A stretch of 64,000 bases of DNA from an uncultured Gammaproteobacteria bacterium (GCA_913060975.1 CAJXVC010000013.1:1536-65535), one strand, 5' to 3'. Positions 10,877 through 21,755 are shown, counted from the first letter of the stretch. Made by a program: numbers and translations. Notes: generated from the letters alone by a model not told the origin.

Positions 10877-11878
10877 ATGGCGAAATACCACGTCTACGGC
10901 GTCGGCAATGCCCTGGTCGATAAGGAATTTGAAGTTAAAGATGAATTTTTCATTGAGAACGATATCGAAAAAGGCATCATGACTCTGGTTGAGCACGATC
11001 AACAGGATTTACTGTTGCGTGATCTCACCGATAAATACGGCGTTAAAAAACAGGCCGGCGGAGGCTCCGCAGGCAACACTCTTTATGCGTTGAGCCAATT
11101 CGGCGGCGAAGCCTTTTTCGCATGCAAAGTTGCCAATGACGAAACCGGCGACTACTACCTCGAACAGCTGGGTCACCACAACATTGACACCAACGTGTCG
11201 CGACGCGTCGAAGGCACGTCCGGTCGTTGTCTGGTCATGATCAGCCCGGATGCCGATCGCACGATGTTCACCTATCTGGGTGTATCAGCAGATATTTCCC
11301 TGCAAGAAATGGATTTTGATGCGGCGAAAAATTCCGAATACATCTATATCGAAGGCTATCTGGTGACTTCGCCGTCAGCGCGCAAAGCCATTACAGAACT
11401 GCGCGATCTGGCCAAAGAGAACAACGTCAAAGTCGCCCTGACTTTTTCCGATCCAGCCATGGTCGAATACTTCAAAGATGAAGTGAACGAAGCCATCGGC
11501 GAGGGTGTGGATTTGTTGTTCTGCAATGAAAAGGAAGCCATGCTCTGGGCCGGTACTGACACGCTGGAAGCCGCCTGTGAAGTCATGAAGACCAAGGCCA
11601 AGCAATTTGTCATTACGCGTGGCCCGGACGGCGCGCTAGCCTATGATGGTAAAGACTTCATCACGATCGCAGGACACAAGGTCAAAGCCATCAATACCAA
11701 TGGCGCTGGCGATTTGTTTGCCGGCGCATTCCTGTACGCCATTACCGCTGGGCATGATTTTGCCTTGGCCGGCAAGTTAGCCAGCCGCGCTTCAGCACAG
11801 GTAGTGACACAGTACGGTCCACGTCTCGACGGACCGGATCATGAAAAGATTCTTGGCGAAATACTGGCTGAGGGTTGA
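10877..11878 (+). CDS. PfkB-family carbohydrate/nucleoside kinase (adenosine-kinase-like)
   Basis: 333 aa. N-terminal GVGNALVD and C-terminal NTNGAGDLFAGAFLY (PfkB DTxGAGD-type motif). Confidence 0.75.
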   Translation: MAKYHVYGVGNALVDKEFEVKDEFFIENDIEKGIMTLVEHDQQDLLLRDLTDKYGVKKQAGGGSAGNTLYALSQFGGEAFFACKVANDETGDYYLEQLGHHNIDTNVSRRVEGTSGRCLVMISPDADRTMFTYLGVSADISLQEMDFDAAKNSEYIYIEGYLVTSPSARKAITELRDLAKENNVKVALTFSDPAMVEYFKDEVNEAIGEGVDLLFCNEKEAMLWAGTDTLEAACEVMKTKAKQFVITRGPDGALAYDGKDFITIAGHKVKAINTNGAGDLFAGAFLYAITAGHDFALAGKLASRASAQVVTQYGPRLDGPDHEKILGEILAEG

Positions 11879-11893
11879 TTGAGAGCCAAATTA

Positions 11894-11938
11894 CTGCCCG
11901 GCCAGGCGCTGCTACATAGCATCTGGCCGGGCAGTTTC
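11894..11938. terminator. Bidirectional rho-independent terminator between the kinase gene and dnaJ
   Basis: 12-bp perfect stem CTGCCCGGCCAG ... CTGGCCGGGCAG, followed by TTT. Confidence 0.6.
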
Positions 11939-12070
11939 ACCAGTATCAATGCTCAGGTAAGCTATCAGGCAGGGCTGGAGTGCTTGTGAGGGTGTCAGAG
12001 TGTAGAGAGTCAGATAGATAGAAAGCAGAGAGAGAAAGCCCGGCTGACAACTGCGCGTCCGCAGTCAGTC

Positions 12071-13192
12071 TCAGGCACCGAGCCCTTCAACAAACTTCTT
12101 CACGCCATCAAACCACGACGATTTTTTCGGTGATTGACGATCACCTTCCTCGGCATGAATCTGCGCAAACTCTTCCAGCAATTCCTCCTGACGCTTGGTC
12201 AGGTGCACTGGCGTTTCGACCAGGACACGACACAGCAAATCACCTGCACCACCACCGCGGATTGGCGTGACGCCTTTGCCACGCAAGCGGAACAGCTTGC
12301 CGGTTTGTGATTCTTTGGGAATTTTCAGTTTTACCCGACCATTCAGCGTGGGCACTTCCAGATCACCGCCTAATGCGGCATCGGTAATGCTGATGGGAAT
12401 CTCGCAATACAAATCGCGGCCATCGCGCTGGAAAATAGCATGGGGTTTAACGTGAACCTCGACGTACAGGTCGCCCGAAGGGCCACCGTGCGTGCCAGCC
12501 TGGCCTTCACCGCTTAAGCGGATTCGGTCTCCGGTATCGACACCGGGCGGCACTTTGACAGACAAGGTCTTGGTTTCTTCAACATTGCCGCGGCCGTGAC
12601 AGGTAATACACGGATCTTTGATCTGCTTGCCACTACCCTGACAACGCGGACAAGTTTGCTGCACCGAGAAAAAGCCCTGCTGCATGCGCACCTGACCGTG
12701 TCCAGCGCACGTACTACAGTCAATTGCAGAAGTGCCAGGCTTGGCGCCGCTACCATCACAGGTCTTACAGCCCACTGTGGTGGGAATGCGAATCTTGACC
12801 GTCTTGCCCTGCACCGCATCTTCCAGCGATAACTCAAGGTTGTAGCGCAGGTCAGCGCCCTGGCGGACATGGCTGCGACCGCCACCGCGACCACCGCCGC
12901 CAAAGATGTCCCCAAAAATATCGCCGAAGATATCGCCAAAATCAGCGTTACCGGCGTGGGTTTGTCCTTCGACACCCGCATGACCATATTGGTCATAGCG
13001 CGCGCGTTTTTGTTGATCAGAAAGTACTTCAAAGGCTTCGTTCGCTTCCTTGAAACGATCTTCGGCGCCCTTGTCGTCCGGATTACGGTCCGGGTGATTT
13101 TTCATAGCAACTTTTCGGTAAGCCTTTTTGATCTCGGCTTCCGATGCGTCTCGCTCTATACCCAGTACTTCGTAAAAATCACGCTTGGACAT
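12071..13192 (-). CDS. dnaJ: Molecular chaperone DnaJ
   Basis: J domain ([14 protein letters not shown]), G/F region and four CxxCxGxG zinc-finger repeats. Confidence 0.95.
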   Translation of the reverse strand: MSKRDFYEVLGIERDASEAEIKKAYRKVAMKNHPDRNPDDKGAEDRFKEANEAFEVLSDQQKRARYDQYGHAGVEGQTHAGNADFGDIFGDIFGDIFGGGGRGGGRSHVRQGADLRYNLELSLEDAVQGKTVKIRIPTTVGCKTCDGSGAKPGTSAIDCSTCAGHGQVRMQQGFFSVQQTCPRCQGSGKQIKDPCITCHGRGNVEETKTLSVKVPPGVDTGDRIRLSGEGQAGTHGGPSGDLYVEVHVKPHAIFQRDGRDLYCEIPISITDAALGGDLEVPTLNGRVKLKIPKESQTGKLFRLRGKGVTPIRGGGAGDLLCRVLVETPVHLTKRQEELLEEFAQIHAEEGDRQSPKKSSWFDGVKKFVEGLGA

Positions 13193-13320
13193 TTGAATTT
13201 CTGACTAACTCTCGCTTTTTCGAATTACTTACAAACGAAAAAACTAAGTCAACGGGTGACTTAGTTTTCTCGTCAGACTATTTGATCAGTTGCCCGATCC
13301 TTTTGTCTTACCTGTCTTGC

Positions 13321-13347
13321 TTCACTTACTTCACTTACTTCACTTAC
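13321..13347. repeat. Three tandem 9-nt units (TTCACTTAC) spanning the dnaK stop codon
   Basis: Read on the minus strand, the dnaK TAA is followed by (GTG AAG TAA) x2. This gives three in-frame TAA stops at 9-nt spacing. Confidence 0.8.
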
Positions 13348-15281
13348 TTGTCTTCTTCCTTCACTTCTTCGAATTCAGCATCGACTGCATCGTCGTTACC
13401 GGCATCGTCGGCAGAGGCATCGCCAGCTTCTGCACCAGCGCCAGCACCTTCCTGTGCTTGCGCATCAGCGTACATCTTCTGGGCCAGGCTGCCTGAAGCT
13501 TCTGTCAGGGCCTTGGTCTTGGCTTCGATTGCGGCCAGATCATCACCCTTGAGTGCTTCTTCCAATTCGGAGATGGCGCTATTGATTGCGTCCTTCTCTT
13601 CATCAGTTGCCTTGTCACCAGCTTCTTCCAGCGTCTTCTTGGTCGCGTGGACCAGACCGTCAGCGGAGTTACGCGCAGTGATCAGTTCTTCGAACTTCTT
13701 GTCGTCGGCAGAGTGAGCTTCGGCATCCTTGACCATCGCTTCGATCTCTTCATCAGTCAGACCACTGGAGGCCTTGATGACGATAGATTGTTCTTTGCCG
13801 GTAGCCTTGTCTTTCGCCGAGACATTCAAGATGCCGTTGGCATCCAGATCAAAGGCGACCTCGATCTGCGGAATACCACGCGGTGACGGTGGAATATCGC
13901 TCAGGTCAAAACGACCCAGTGATTTATTCTGGGCAGCTTGCTTACGCTCACCCTGAACCACGTGAATAGTTACCGCCGTCTGGTTGTCATCCGCCGTTGA
14001 AAACACCTGGGTTTTCTTGGTCGGAATCGTGGTGTTCTTTTCAATCAAGGCGCTGGCCACGCCGCCCAGGGTTTCGATCCCCAGAGACAGAGGTGTCACG
14101 TCCAGCAGCAACACGTCGTTAACGTCACCGGAGAGTACCGCTGCCTGAATGGCTGCACCAACCGCTACTGCTTCGTCAGGATTCACGTCACGACGTGCTT
14201 CCTTGCCGAAGAACTCAGCAACTTTCTTCTGTACCAGTGGCATACGAGTCTGGCCACCGACCAGAATGATATCGTTGATAGAACCCACGTCGAGATCAGC
14301 ATCCTTGATAGCCATTTTTACTGGCTCAAGAGTACGGTCGACCAGGTCTTCTACCAACGACTCAAACTTGGCTCGCGTCAACTTCTGCACAAGGTGCTTC
14401 GGTCCGCTGGAATCGGCCGTGATATACGGTAGATTCACTTCTGTTTGTTGCGATGAAGACAACTCGATCTTGGCTTTTTCAGCTGCTTCTTTCAGACGCT
14501 GCAACGCCAAAGGGTCGCTGTGCAGATCCATGCCGGACTCTTTCTTGAATTCGTCCGCCAGGTAATCGATCAAGCGCAGGTCAAAGTCCTCACCACCCAG
14601 GAAGGTGTCACCATTGGTAGAGAGCACTTCAAAAGTGTGCTCGCCATCGGTGTCAGCAATCTCGATGACAGAGATATCGAAGGTACCACCACCCAGGTCA
14701 TAGACAGCGACGGTGCGGTCACCGGTCTTCTGGTCCATGCCGTAAGCCAGTGCCGCAGCAGTTGGCTCATTGATAATACGTTTAACTTCCAGACCGGCAA
14801 TCTTGCCGGCGTCTTTGGTTGCCTGACGCTGTGAGTCATTGAAGTAGGCAGGCACCGTGACCACGGCTTCAGTGACTTTCTCACCGAGAAAGTCTTCCGC
14901 AGTCTTCTTCATCTTTTTCAGTATTTGCGCGGAAATCTGGGGCGGCGACATTTTCTTGTCGTTCACTTCCACCCACGCATCGCCATTGTCAGCCTTGATG
15001 ATCTTGTAAGGCACCATCTTGATGTCTTTCTGTACGACATCATCATCGAACTGACGGCCGATCAATCGCTTGATGGCATACAGGGTATTGTGCGGATTAG
15101 TGACTGACTGGCGCTTGGCCGGCTGGCCTACCAACGTCTCGCCATCATCTTTGCTATAAGCGATGATGGAGGGAGTGGTGCGGTCACCTTCCGCATTTTC
15201 GATGACTTTGGCTTTACCACCATCCATTACGGCAACACATGAGTTGGTGGTCCCCAAGTCAATACCGATAATCTTTCCCAT
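13344..15281 (-). CDS. dnaK: Molecular chaperone DnaK (Hsp70)
   Basis: 645 aa. [25 protein letters not shown] and [11 protein letters not shown] are the canonical Hsp70 signatures. Confidence 0.98.
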   Translation of the reverse strand: MGKIIGIDLGTTNSCVAVMDGGKAKVIENAEGDRTTPSIIAYSKDDGETLVGQPAKRQSVTNPHNTLYAIKRLIGRQFDDDVVQKDIKMVPYKIIKADNGDAWVEVNDKKMSPPQISAQILKKMKKTAEDFLGEKVTEAVVTVPAYFNDSQRQATKDAGKIAGLEVKRIINEPTAAALAYGMDQKTGDRTVAVYDLGGGTFDISVIEIADTDGEHTFEVLSTNGDTFLGGEDFDLRLIDYLADEFKKESGMDLHSDPLALQRLKEAAEKAKIELSSSQQTEVNLPYITADSSGPKHLVQKLTRAKFESLVEDLVDRTLEPVKMAIKDADLDVGSINDIILVGGQTRMPLVQKKVAEFFGKEARRDVNPDEAVAVGAAIQAAVLSGDVNDVLLLDVTPLSLGIETLGGVASALIEKNTTIPTKKTQVFSTADDNQTAVTIHVVQGERKQAAQNKSLGRFDLSDIPPSPRGIPQIEVAFDLDANGILNVSAKDKATGKEQSIVIKASSGLTDEEIEAMVKDAEAHSADDKKFEELITARNSADGLVHATKKTLEEAGDKATDEEKDAINSAISELEEALKGDDLAAIEAKTKALTEASGSLAQKMYADAQAQEGAGAGAEAGDASADDAGNDDAVDAEFEEVKEEDK

Positions 15282-15349
15282 TGTGAAAATCTCCGCTTGT
15301 TAATCTGCTTCCGAACCAGCTGTCGTGCTGGCACTAGCTTATGTGTTCA

Positions 15350-15377
15350 ATATTGGCCCAGTCCGTTGTATTTCAAG
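15350..15377 (-). promoter_or_regulatory. Putative sigma-32 heat-shock promoter of dnaK
   Basis: On the minus strand: CTTGAAA-N13-GCCAATAT, against the consensus CTTGAAA-N13/14-CCCCATNT. About 70 nt upstream of the dnaK ATG. Confidence 0.55.
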
Positions 15378-15441
15378 GATTAGGCAGTAAATTTCCTGCT
15401 ATTTTGTGTGGAATTGGCGCTATTGGCGCGAATCCGGGGAT

Positions 15442-16116
15442 TTAACTGCTTTCTCCGCCGCTGGGCGCCTTGGATACCATCACCATGGCGGGACGGATGA
15501 CGCGGCCATGCAAGGTATACCCCTTCTGCATTACTGCAATCACGGTATTGGGTTCGACCTCGGCATTTTCCTGCAGGGACATGGCCTGATGCAGCTGGGG
15601 GTCGAAAGGCTCGCCTTGTGGATCAACCGGCTCGATATTGAACTTGCGAAACGCATCCGCGAAGCTCTTCAGGGTCAGGTCGACGCCGTCATAGATTGCC
15701 TTGACGGTCGGGTCGTCATTATCGGAAGCGGCTGTCAACGCGCGCTCCAGATTGTCCATTACTGACAGTAATTCCGTAGCGAAGCGCTCATTGCCGTACT
15801 TGTGAGCTTTTTCGATATCCTGCTCAGTACGGCGACGCAGATTTTGCATTTCTGCCTGCACCCGTAATAGGTCATCTTTGGCCTGGGCCGCTTCGGCCTG
15901 CGCGACGGCCAGCTTGGCAAAATTATCGTCCTGGGAGTCTTGCGAACCTTGAGAGCCTTGAGAGTCTTGTGAACCCTCACCCTCGGCACTGCCTTCTTTG
16001 GCTACTTCGGCATAGGCGTCAGTTTCCGGCGTGGAATTCTGCTCTGCCTGTTCCGCTGGCTGCTCTTGCCCGGATTCAGTGGTCGATTGTTCATTGTCTG
16101 GCGCTTTCTTGCTCAT
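15442..16116 (-). CDS. grpE: Nucleotide exchange factor GrpE
   Basis: Start taken at MSKKAPDNEQ. The C-terminal part (IEPVDPQGEPFDPQLHQAM...GYTLHGRVIRPAMVMV) is typical GrpE. The N-terminal acidic region has an SQDSQGSQGSQDSQD repeat. Confidence 0.9.
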   Translation of the reverse strand: MSKKAPDNEQSTTESGQEQPAEQAEQNSTPETDAYAEVAKEGSAEGEGSQDSQGSQGSQDSQDDNFAKLAVAQAEAAQAKDDLLRVQAEMQNLRRRTEQDIEKAHKYGNERFATELLSVMDNLERALTAASDNDDPTVKAIYDGVDLTLKSFADAFRKFNIEPVDPQGEPFDPQLHQAMSLQENAEVEPNTVIAVMQKGYTLHGRVIRPAMVMVSKAPSGGESS

Positions 16117-16197
16117 GCCCTGCTTACCCTTCTCGAGTTCTTGATTGTCTGGATGGCCATTCCGGCGTCTCAAGGAAGACGCCTGCACTCCGAGCGG

Positions 16198-16225
16198 ATA
16201 TGGGGGTCAGTCGGGGCTTTTCAAC
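16198..16225 (-). promoter_or_regulatory. Sigma-32 heat-shock promoter of grpE
   Basis: On the minus strand: GTTGAAA-N13-CCCCCATAT, a near-perfect match to the gammaproteobacterial RpoH consensus. About 80 nt upstream of the chosen ATG. Confidence 0.7.
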
Positions 16226-16331
16226 CTGTAACAGGCGATCGCGACAACAACGGACTACTAACTGCTGAAATCGACCGGGTAATCGCGAAATATTGTGTAT
16301 TGGGCCGGCGTGTATCACTATACTTGCTGTC

Positions 16332-18008
16332 ATGTTGCAGCATCTTTCTATCCGTAATTTCGCCACCGTCGACAAGCTGGAGATCGATTTCGAACCCGGC
16401 ATGACGGCTATTACTGGCGAGACCGGCGCCGGCAAATCCATCATCCTGGGTGCGCTCGGCCTGACCCTCGGAGATCGTGCTGACAAGACTGTGATTCGCC
16501 CCGGTGCCAGCAAGACTGATTTAAGCGCCGAGTTCGATATTCAGGACATCGCCCAGGCCAGCGACTGGCTTGCTGACAATGACCTGCAACTCGAAGGCGA
16601 TGCCCGGACCTGCCTGCTGCGCCGCGTCATCAATGATGATGGCCGCTCACGTGCCTATATCAATGGCTCTGTGGTCACCCTTGCCAACCTCAAGACTCTT
16701 GGTGAAATGCTGCTCGACATTCATGGCCAGCATGAACACCAGTCGCTCCTGCGCCGCTCCACCCATATTCGCCTGCTCGATGAGTTCGCCGTGGAGTCCA
16801 AATTATTGGCCCAGTTGCACTCGACCTGGCGGCAATGGCAGCAAAATTTTCAGCAGATGGATGCCCTGCGCCAGCAATCGGCAGACAACTCCGCCGAGAG
16901 TCAGCTACTCAGTTATCAACTGATCGAGCTGGATGAGATGAACATCGAAGCCGGTGAAATCGAGAAGCTGGAAGCAGAATTCAAATCACTCAGCCACGCA
17001 GACGACACGCTGGCGGCAGTGAACAGCGCCCTGGCCTATTGCGATGAAAGTGAAGACGGCAATGCCAGCAGCCTGCTTAATCAGGCCCGTTCGGCTCTGG
17101 AGCGTCTGCCTGCCCAATCCGGCCGGCTGACGACTATCAAGGAACTGTTGGAGACCGCCGGCATTCAATTGCAGGAAGCAGTCTCCGAGCTCAATGCTTT
17201 CAATGCCGAATTCGATGCCGACCCACAGCGTCTGGAAGCCATCAATGAGCGGCTGGGAGATTTGCACGCCGTGGCGCGCAAGCACCGCATCAAACCTGAG
17301 GAACTGATTGATCTGATCAATGATCTGCGCAGCCAGCTCGACAAGCTGGAGAATTGCGATGCCGAGTTGGAGAAGCTGGCCGCCAATGACAAATTGCTGC
17401 GTGAACAATATGCCCAGCTGGCCGGCGAGGTCAGCAAACAGCGCAAGAAAGGCGCCAGCAAACTGGCCAAAGCGGTTAACGAACGCTTGCAAGCGCTGAG
17501 CATGCCTCATGCCTCTGTCGAGGTCTCGCTATCAGCCACTGACCCGGACAAGCTGGCACAACAGGGGCTGGAAGCCGTGGAGTTTCTGGTCAGCACGAAT
17601 CCCGGGCAAGCCCCGCAGCCACTGGGCAAGATCGCCTCGGGTGGTGAGCTTTCCCGCATCAGTCTGGCGATTCAGGTCATCACGGCGCAAACCTCGCACG
17701 TGCCAAGCCTGGTATTCGATGAGGTCGATGTGGGTATCGGTGGCGGTGTCGCGAAGGTAGTTGGCGAGCAATTGCGCCAGCTCGGTGAGCGCGCCCAGAT
17801 CCTGTGCGTGACCCATCAGGCCCAGGTGGCCGGACAAGGCCATCACCATTTATTGGTGAGCAAGCAAAGTGACAAGAAGTCCACGCTGACGCGCATTACG
17901 AAGCTGGAAGGTGAGGAAGTCATCAAGGAAGTGGCGCGCATGCTCGGCGGGGAAACCTATAGCGCCGAATCTCTGGCCCATGCCGAGCAAATGGTGGCTA
18001 ACAGCTAG
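16332..18008 (+). CDS. recN: DNA repair protein RecN
   Basis: Start at MLQHLSIRNFATV. Walker A GETGAGKS, a long coiled coil, the C-terminal signature GGELSRISLA and FDEVDVGIGG. Confidence 0.93.
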   Translation: MLQHLSIRNFATVDKLEIDFEPGMTAITGETGAGKSIILGALGLTLGDRADKTVIRPGASKTDLSAEFDIQDIAQASDWLADNDLQLEGDARTCLLRRVINDDGRSRAYINGSVVTLANLKTLGEMLLDIHGQHEHQSLLRRSTHIRLLDEFAVESKLLAQLHSTWRQWQQNFQQMDALRQQSADNSAESQLLSYQLIELDEMNIEAGEIEKLEAEFKSLSHADDTLAAVNSALAYCDESEDGNASSLLNQARSALERLPAQSGRLTTIKELLETAGIQLQEAVSELNAFNAEFDADPQRLEAINERLGDLHAVARKHRIKPEELIDLINDLRSQLDKLENCDAELEKLAANDKLLREQYAQLAGEVSKQRKKGASKLAKAVNERLQALSMPHASVEVSLSATDPDKLAQQGLEAVEFLVSTNPGQAPQPLGKIASGGELSRISLAIQVITAQTSHVPSLVFDEVDVGIGGGVAKVVGEQLRQLGERAQILCVTHQAQVAGQGHHHLLVSKQSDKKSTLTRITKLEGEEVIKEVARMLGGETYSAESLAHAEQMVANS

Positions 18009-18009
18009 C

Positions 18010-18200
18010 TCGATCAGTCTTTCTGCTAGTCTCTTTCTTAGCCCTTCTATTAGATTCTCTAATAGTCTCTCTACTGGCCTTACTACTGGCCTTACTATTG
18101 GCCTTTCTATTTGGCCTTTCTCTATTTGGCGTTTCTATAAGCCTTACTAATAGTCTCTCTATCGGTCTCTCTATCGGTCTATCTAATAATCACTCTTTTA
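18010..18200. repeat. Degenerate CT-rich short tandem repeats in the recN/fur convergent gap
   Basis: Iterated TGGCCTT(A/T)CT(A)TT and TCTCTCTATCGG units, for example CTGGCCTTACTACTGGCCTTACTATTGGCCTTTCTATTTGGCCTTTCTCTATTTGG. Confidence 0.7.
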
Positions 18201-18210
18201 GTCTCTGCGA

Positions 18211-18639
18211 CTAGCCTTCCGCTGCTTTCTGGCAGCTGGCGCACAGGCCGTATAGATACAGGCTGTGGTCAGTGATCTTGAAGCCAAACTTGGTCGCGAT
18301 CTTTTCCTGCTGCTCTTCGATCACTTCATCAAAAAATTCTTCTACCCGACCGCATTTGTTGCAGACCAGATGATCATGGTGGTCGACTGAATCCAACTCG
18401 AAGACGGAATGACCGCCTTCAAAATGGTGACGAATGACCAGACCGGCCGTCTCGAATTGCGTGAGCACACGATACACAGTGGCCAACCCCACATCTTCAT
18501 CCGCTTCAATCAAGGCTTTGTACACGTCTTCTGCACTCAGGTGTTTGGTGTCTGAGCTCTCCAGAATTTGCAGAATTTTTACCCGCGGCAGGGTCACTTT
18601 GAGTCCTGCTTTGCGCAGTTCCTGATTTTCTGAGGACAT
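18211..18639 (-). CDS. fur: Ferric uptake regulator
   Basis: 142 aa. LKVTLPRVKILQIL, the HHDHLVC motif and C-terminal Cys pairs. fur/bamE divergent pair as in Pseudomonas. Confidence 0.92.
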   Translation of the reverse strand: MSSENQELRKAGLKVTLPRVKILQILESSDTKHLSAEDVYKALIEADEDVGLATVYRVLTQFETAGLVIRHHFEGGHSVFELDSVDHHDHLVCNKCGRVEEFFDEVIEEQQEKIATKFGFKITDHSLYLYGLCASCQKAAEG

Positions 18640-18988
18640 AATGCTTCTCGTGCTGGTTAGTGGTCGTGGGCGGTTGTATTGGTTTTGTTCTAATTGCTGG
18701 GAACTTATTGCAACAGGCAGGGCCTAAAGCCTCACTGCTCGTTATTGCTCAGCTCATTGTAAATTTGACAAGTGTCTGACAGGAGTCAGATAAGAGTCCG
18801 ATCAGCCCGATAATTCGGCAGGCTTTTGCGCACTCATCCAGCCAATGTTGCCAACTCATTTGGGTTATCACTGCATTCTGGGGAGATTTTGCGCAACCCG
18901 GCAGTTTTACCCTGACTGGAGGTAGGGTATTATGCCCGCTCACTGCCCCTTAGGAAAGTTAAGAGCCACGCGGCTCATCCCATAATCA

Positions 18989-19402
18989 ATGACATTACGC
19001 CCTATCAAGACAATTCGCAGCATTCCATTGTTGCTTCTCCTGCTCAGCCTTGCTGGCTGCGGCAACATCGGCAACATGGATTTTCCGGGTGTCTACAAGA
19101 TTGGCCTCCCGCAGGGCAACATCATCACGCAGGACATGGTGGACCAACTGCGTCCGGGTATGACCAAGCGTCAGGTGATTTTCGTCATGGGCACACCGCT
19201 GGTGCGCGACCCCTTCCATCAGGATCGCTGGGATTACATCTATAGCTATCAGCCAGGTGGTGGCGAACGGGGTCAGGAACGCGTATCGGTCTTCTTTACT
19301 GACGATCAGCTAGTACGCTTCACCGGTGATTTCGTACCCACCGATGAAGACGCACCTTACGATGCCGGCGCCGATAACGACAGCAGCGCCAACAACAGCT
19401 GA
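18989..19402 (+). CDS. bamE: Outer membrane protein assembly factor BamE (OmlA/SmpA)
   Basis: Lipobox LSLAGC followed by [36 protein letters not shown], a BamE signature. Divergent from fur. Confidence 0.85.
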   Translation: MTLRPIKTIRSIPLLLLLLSLAGCGNIGNMDFPGVYKIGLPQGNIITQDMVDQLRPGMTKRQVIFVMGTPLVRDPFHQDRWDYIYSYQPGGGERGQERVSVFFTDDQLVRFTGDFVPTDEDAPYDAGADNDSSANNS

Positions 19403-19422
19403 TTCAACTCTACTGAGCCATC

Positions 19423-21651
19423 TTAGTAGTCGAAGCGCAATCCCAACGTAATAGCCCGCCCGGGTTCCGGCGCGAAGTTCTTCAGGAACGACGTGTGATT
19501 GCGTACTTCTTCGTCCAGCAGATTATCCCCCCTGAGATAAACCTTCATTTCGCTGCTGCCAGCAACGTCAAAGTGAAAATCGCCATACAGTGAAACGCGC
19601 GTGAAACCGGGCGTGGTCAACTCGTTTGCTCCTGCGTTGTCTTGCGCACTGGCACGCGTTGCGTGCAAATGCATACTCCAGTTGTCGCCGAAGTAACGCA
19701 GTTCCGCACCGAATTTAGCGGGCGGGATACGCGGCACATTGCCACCGGCAGCGAATTTCGCCCGCACCAGATCGCCAAAGATCGTCATTTCCAGGGTCGC
19801 CGCATCCTGCTCCAGCAAGGCAAATGACACCTCACCTTCAACGCCGGAGAAAGTCGCATCCTTGGCCATGTAGCGAGCCAGATGCTGACCTTCGAATTCT
19901 TCCCCGGTCAGATTCAGGTAAATGTAGTCATCAATGTTGTTGTGATAGGCACTGAACTGACCAGTGAGTGGGCCAACATGATGTCGATAGCCCACTTCAA
20001 TATTATTCGCCGTTTCCTTTTTCAGCGCACTGTTGCCTATCTCGAGCAAGTTCGTCGCAGCGTGTAAGGTCAAGGCTTCCGGGTCCGCATAAGTCGCACA
20101 GGTGCTGGCATCGACATTCGAGTACAACTCTTCCACGGTCGGGGTGCGCTGCGAACTGGATAAGCCGATGTGCAGATTGCCAGACTCACTGACATCATAC
20201 AGTGCGCTGGCACTAAGACTCAGGGCCTGTTCGGATTTGGCACACAGTGAACCTGACTCGATATCAGTCCACTCATGACGCAAACCAAACTCGCCTGTCA
20301 GTCGGCCACGGACAACGCGCTCCACACCAAACAAGCCAAAAGTGTTGACGCCGGATTCCGGGATAAATGCCTCTTCGCCAATCGCCGCAAACTGCGTGTC
20401 AGTAATTTGTAGCCCCCAAACGCCCGAGCGGGTTTCGGAGTGTTCATGGGAAAGAGTGAAGCGACTCTCGATACCATCGTTGCTATAGCGCGTGCCGATT
20501 TCGCGACCGCCGTCAGCAAAATATTCAACTTCCCTGTGCTCGTAGTTTGTCAGTCCAATAGACGCATCCAGGGTATCGAACGGGCCAGACTGGAAATTCA
20601 ATTGCCCCTTGGCATCGTAACGAGTCTTGTCCATGTCGATGCGGACAAACTCCACGTCTTCATGAGCGTGACCAGCTTCGTCATGATCCTCTTCAGCAAT
20701 TACTTCATGATCGGCCTCATCACCATGAGCTCCCGCATGACTGTGAGTGCCCAGCGGCAAGCCATAATTGTTTTCCAGGCCGTTGACTGAGAAGCCGATG
20801 AAGCCGCGATCGCCTATCCATGACAAACCCAGACTGGCACCTTGCGCCTCACCATTGGAATTGCCGATGAAGCCGCGCGTATTTTCAAATTCTTCATGCT
20901 CCTCATCTACTTCTTCATGTTCGCCCTCAAGCTCCTCTTCACCCGCATGCAGAAGTTCCTCGGCTGCTTCCAACGCTGTTTCATCCAGCGCCAAACCGGG
21001 AATATCAACATTGTCATTCGCCCTGCGAAACGCATCGAGATGAATCGCCAACGCGCCTGTTGCGGCATCCAGGCGCACTACTGTCTTGTTTTCGTTGCTG
21101 GCCGAGTTATGACTTTGTTCCAGGAAAAATTCGGGCGCATCTACTAAATTGCTGGGCACGCGCTGATCGATTACATTGATCACACCACCCACTGCGCCGC
21201 TACCGTACAACAGAGTAGCCGGCCCACGAATCACTTCGAGTCGGTCGGCCAAGGCTACTTCAACACCTTCAGCATGATCCGGGCTTTGACTGGAGGCATC
21301 GGTGACGCCGACGCCGTTACTCAATACGCTTACCCGATTGCCAGACTGGCCGCGAATGACGGGGTGTCCTACACCCGGACCAAACGAAGAAGTAGAAATA
21401 CCAATTTCGTTGCGCAGAGTATCGCCCAAAGTGTTGGCCATTTTTTCGCGTAGCTCTTCGCCAGAGAGACTGCCAACAGGCAGTGCGGTTTCCGCCGCGG
21501 TTCGCGCGAACGGCGTTGTGACAATAATTTGTTCAGGCTGTTGTGTGTCATGCGCGTCTTGCGCCATTAACGACGCAGCGGGCAACGACATAGTGGCCAC
21601 AATGCTTTTAATCACCAGCGACAAGCACGCGGCAGGTTTCACTTGTTTCAT
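19423..21651 (-). CDS. TonB-dependent outer-membrane receptor with His/Glu/Asp-rich loop insertions (metal receptor candidate)
   Basis: Start taken at MKQVKPAACLSL (signal peptide). Plug motifs are present, and the C-terminus is ITLGLRFDY. Loop insertions read HAGEEELEGEHEEVDEEHEEFEN and HSHAGAHGDEADHEVIAEEDHDEAGHAHEDVE. Confidence 0.85.
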   Translation of the reverse strand: MKQVKPAACLSLVIKSIVATMSLPAASLMAQDAHDTQQPEQIIVTTPFARTAAETALPVGSLSGEELREKMANTLGDTLRNEIGISTSSFGPGVGHPVIRGQSGNRVSVLSNGVGVTDASSQSPDHAEGVEVALADRLEVIRGPATLLYGSGAVGGVINVIDQRVPSNLVDAPEFFLEQSHNSASNENKTVVRLDAATGALAIHLDAFRRANDNVDIPGLALDETALEAAEELLHAGEEELEGEHEEVDEEHEEFENTRGFIGNSNGEAQGASLGLSWIGDRGFIGFSVNGLENNYGLPLGTHSHAGAHGDEADHEVIAEEDHDEAGHAHEDVEFVRIDMDKTRYDAKGQLNFQSGPFDTLDASIGLTNYEHREVEYFADGGREIGTRYSNDGIESRFTLSHEHSETRSGVWGLQITDTQFAAIGEEAFIPESGVNTFGLFGVERVVRGRLTGEFGLRHEWTDIESGSLCAKSEQALSLSASALYDVSESGNLHIGLSSSQRTPTVEELYSNVDASTCATYADPEALTLHAATNLLEIGNSALKKETANNIEVGYRHHVGPLTGQFSAYHNNIDDYIYLNLTGEEFEGQHLARYMAKDATFSGVEGEVSFALLEQDAATLEMTIFGDLVRAKFAAGGNVPRIPPAKFGAELRYFGDNWSMHLHATRASAQDNAGANELTTPGFTRVSLYGDFHFDVAGSSEMKVYLRGDNLLDEEVRNHTSFLKNFAPEPGRAITLGLRFDY

Positions 21652-21755
21652 GATTGACTGTCCAATTCTTTTTCGAACTAATTTGGTTAATGCCACAATG
21701 AATGACGAACAGTTCAGTTACGAACTGGCAGCATCGGCGGCATCAAGAGAAAAAA

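Noticed and set aside
12514-13716. 172-aa (minus) and 190-aa (plus) ORFs overlapping dnaJ and the dnaJ-dnaK spacer
   Set aside because: These are off-frame or antisense readings of dnaJ/dnaK with low-complexity Ser/Ala runs. The chaperone frames explain the region.
16226-16331. Search for a LexA SOS box (CTGT-N8-ACAG) upstream of recN
   Set aside because: No acceptable match was found. The closest, GTGTATCACTATACTTG, misses both conserved ends. Either the box is divergent in this lineage or I cannot see it by eye, so it is not reported as a feature.
18010-18200. Possible CRISPR array in the recN-fur gap
   Set aside because: The repeat units are only about 10-12 nt, degenerate and contiguous, with no unique spacers, and there are no cas genes. 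This is a simple low-complexity repeat.
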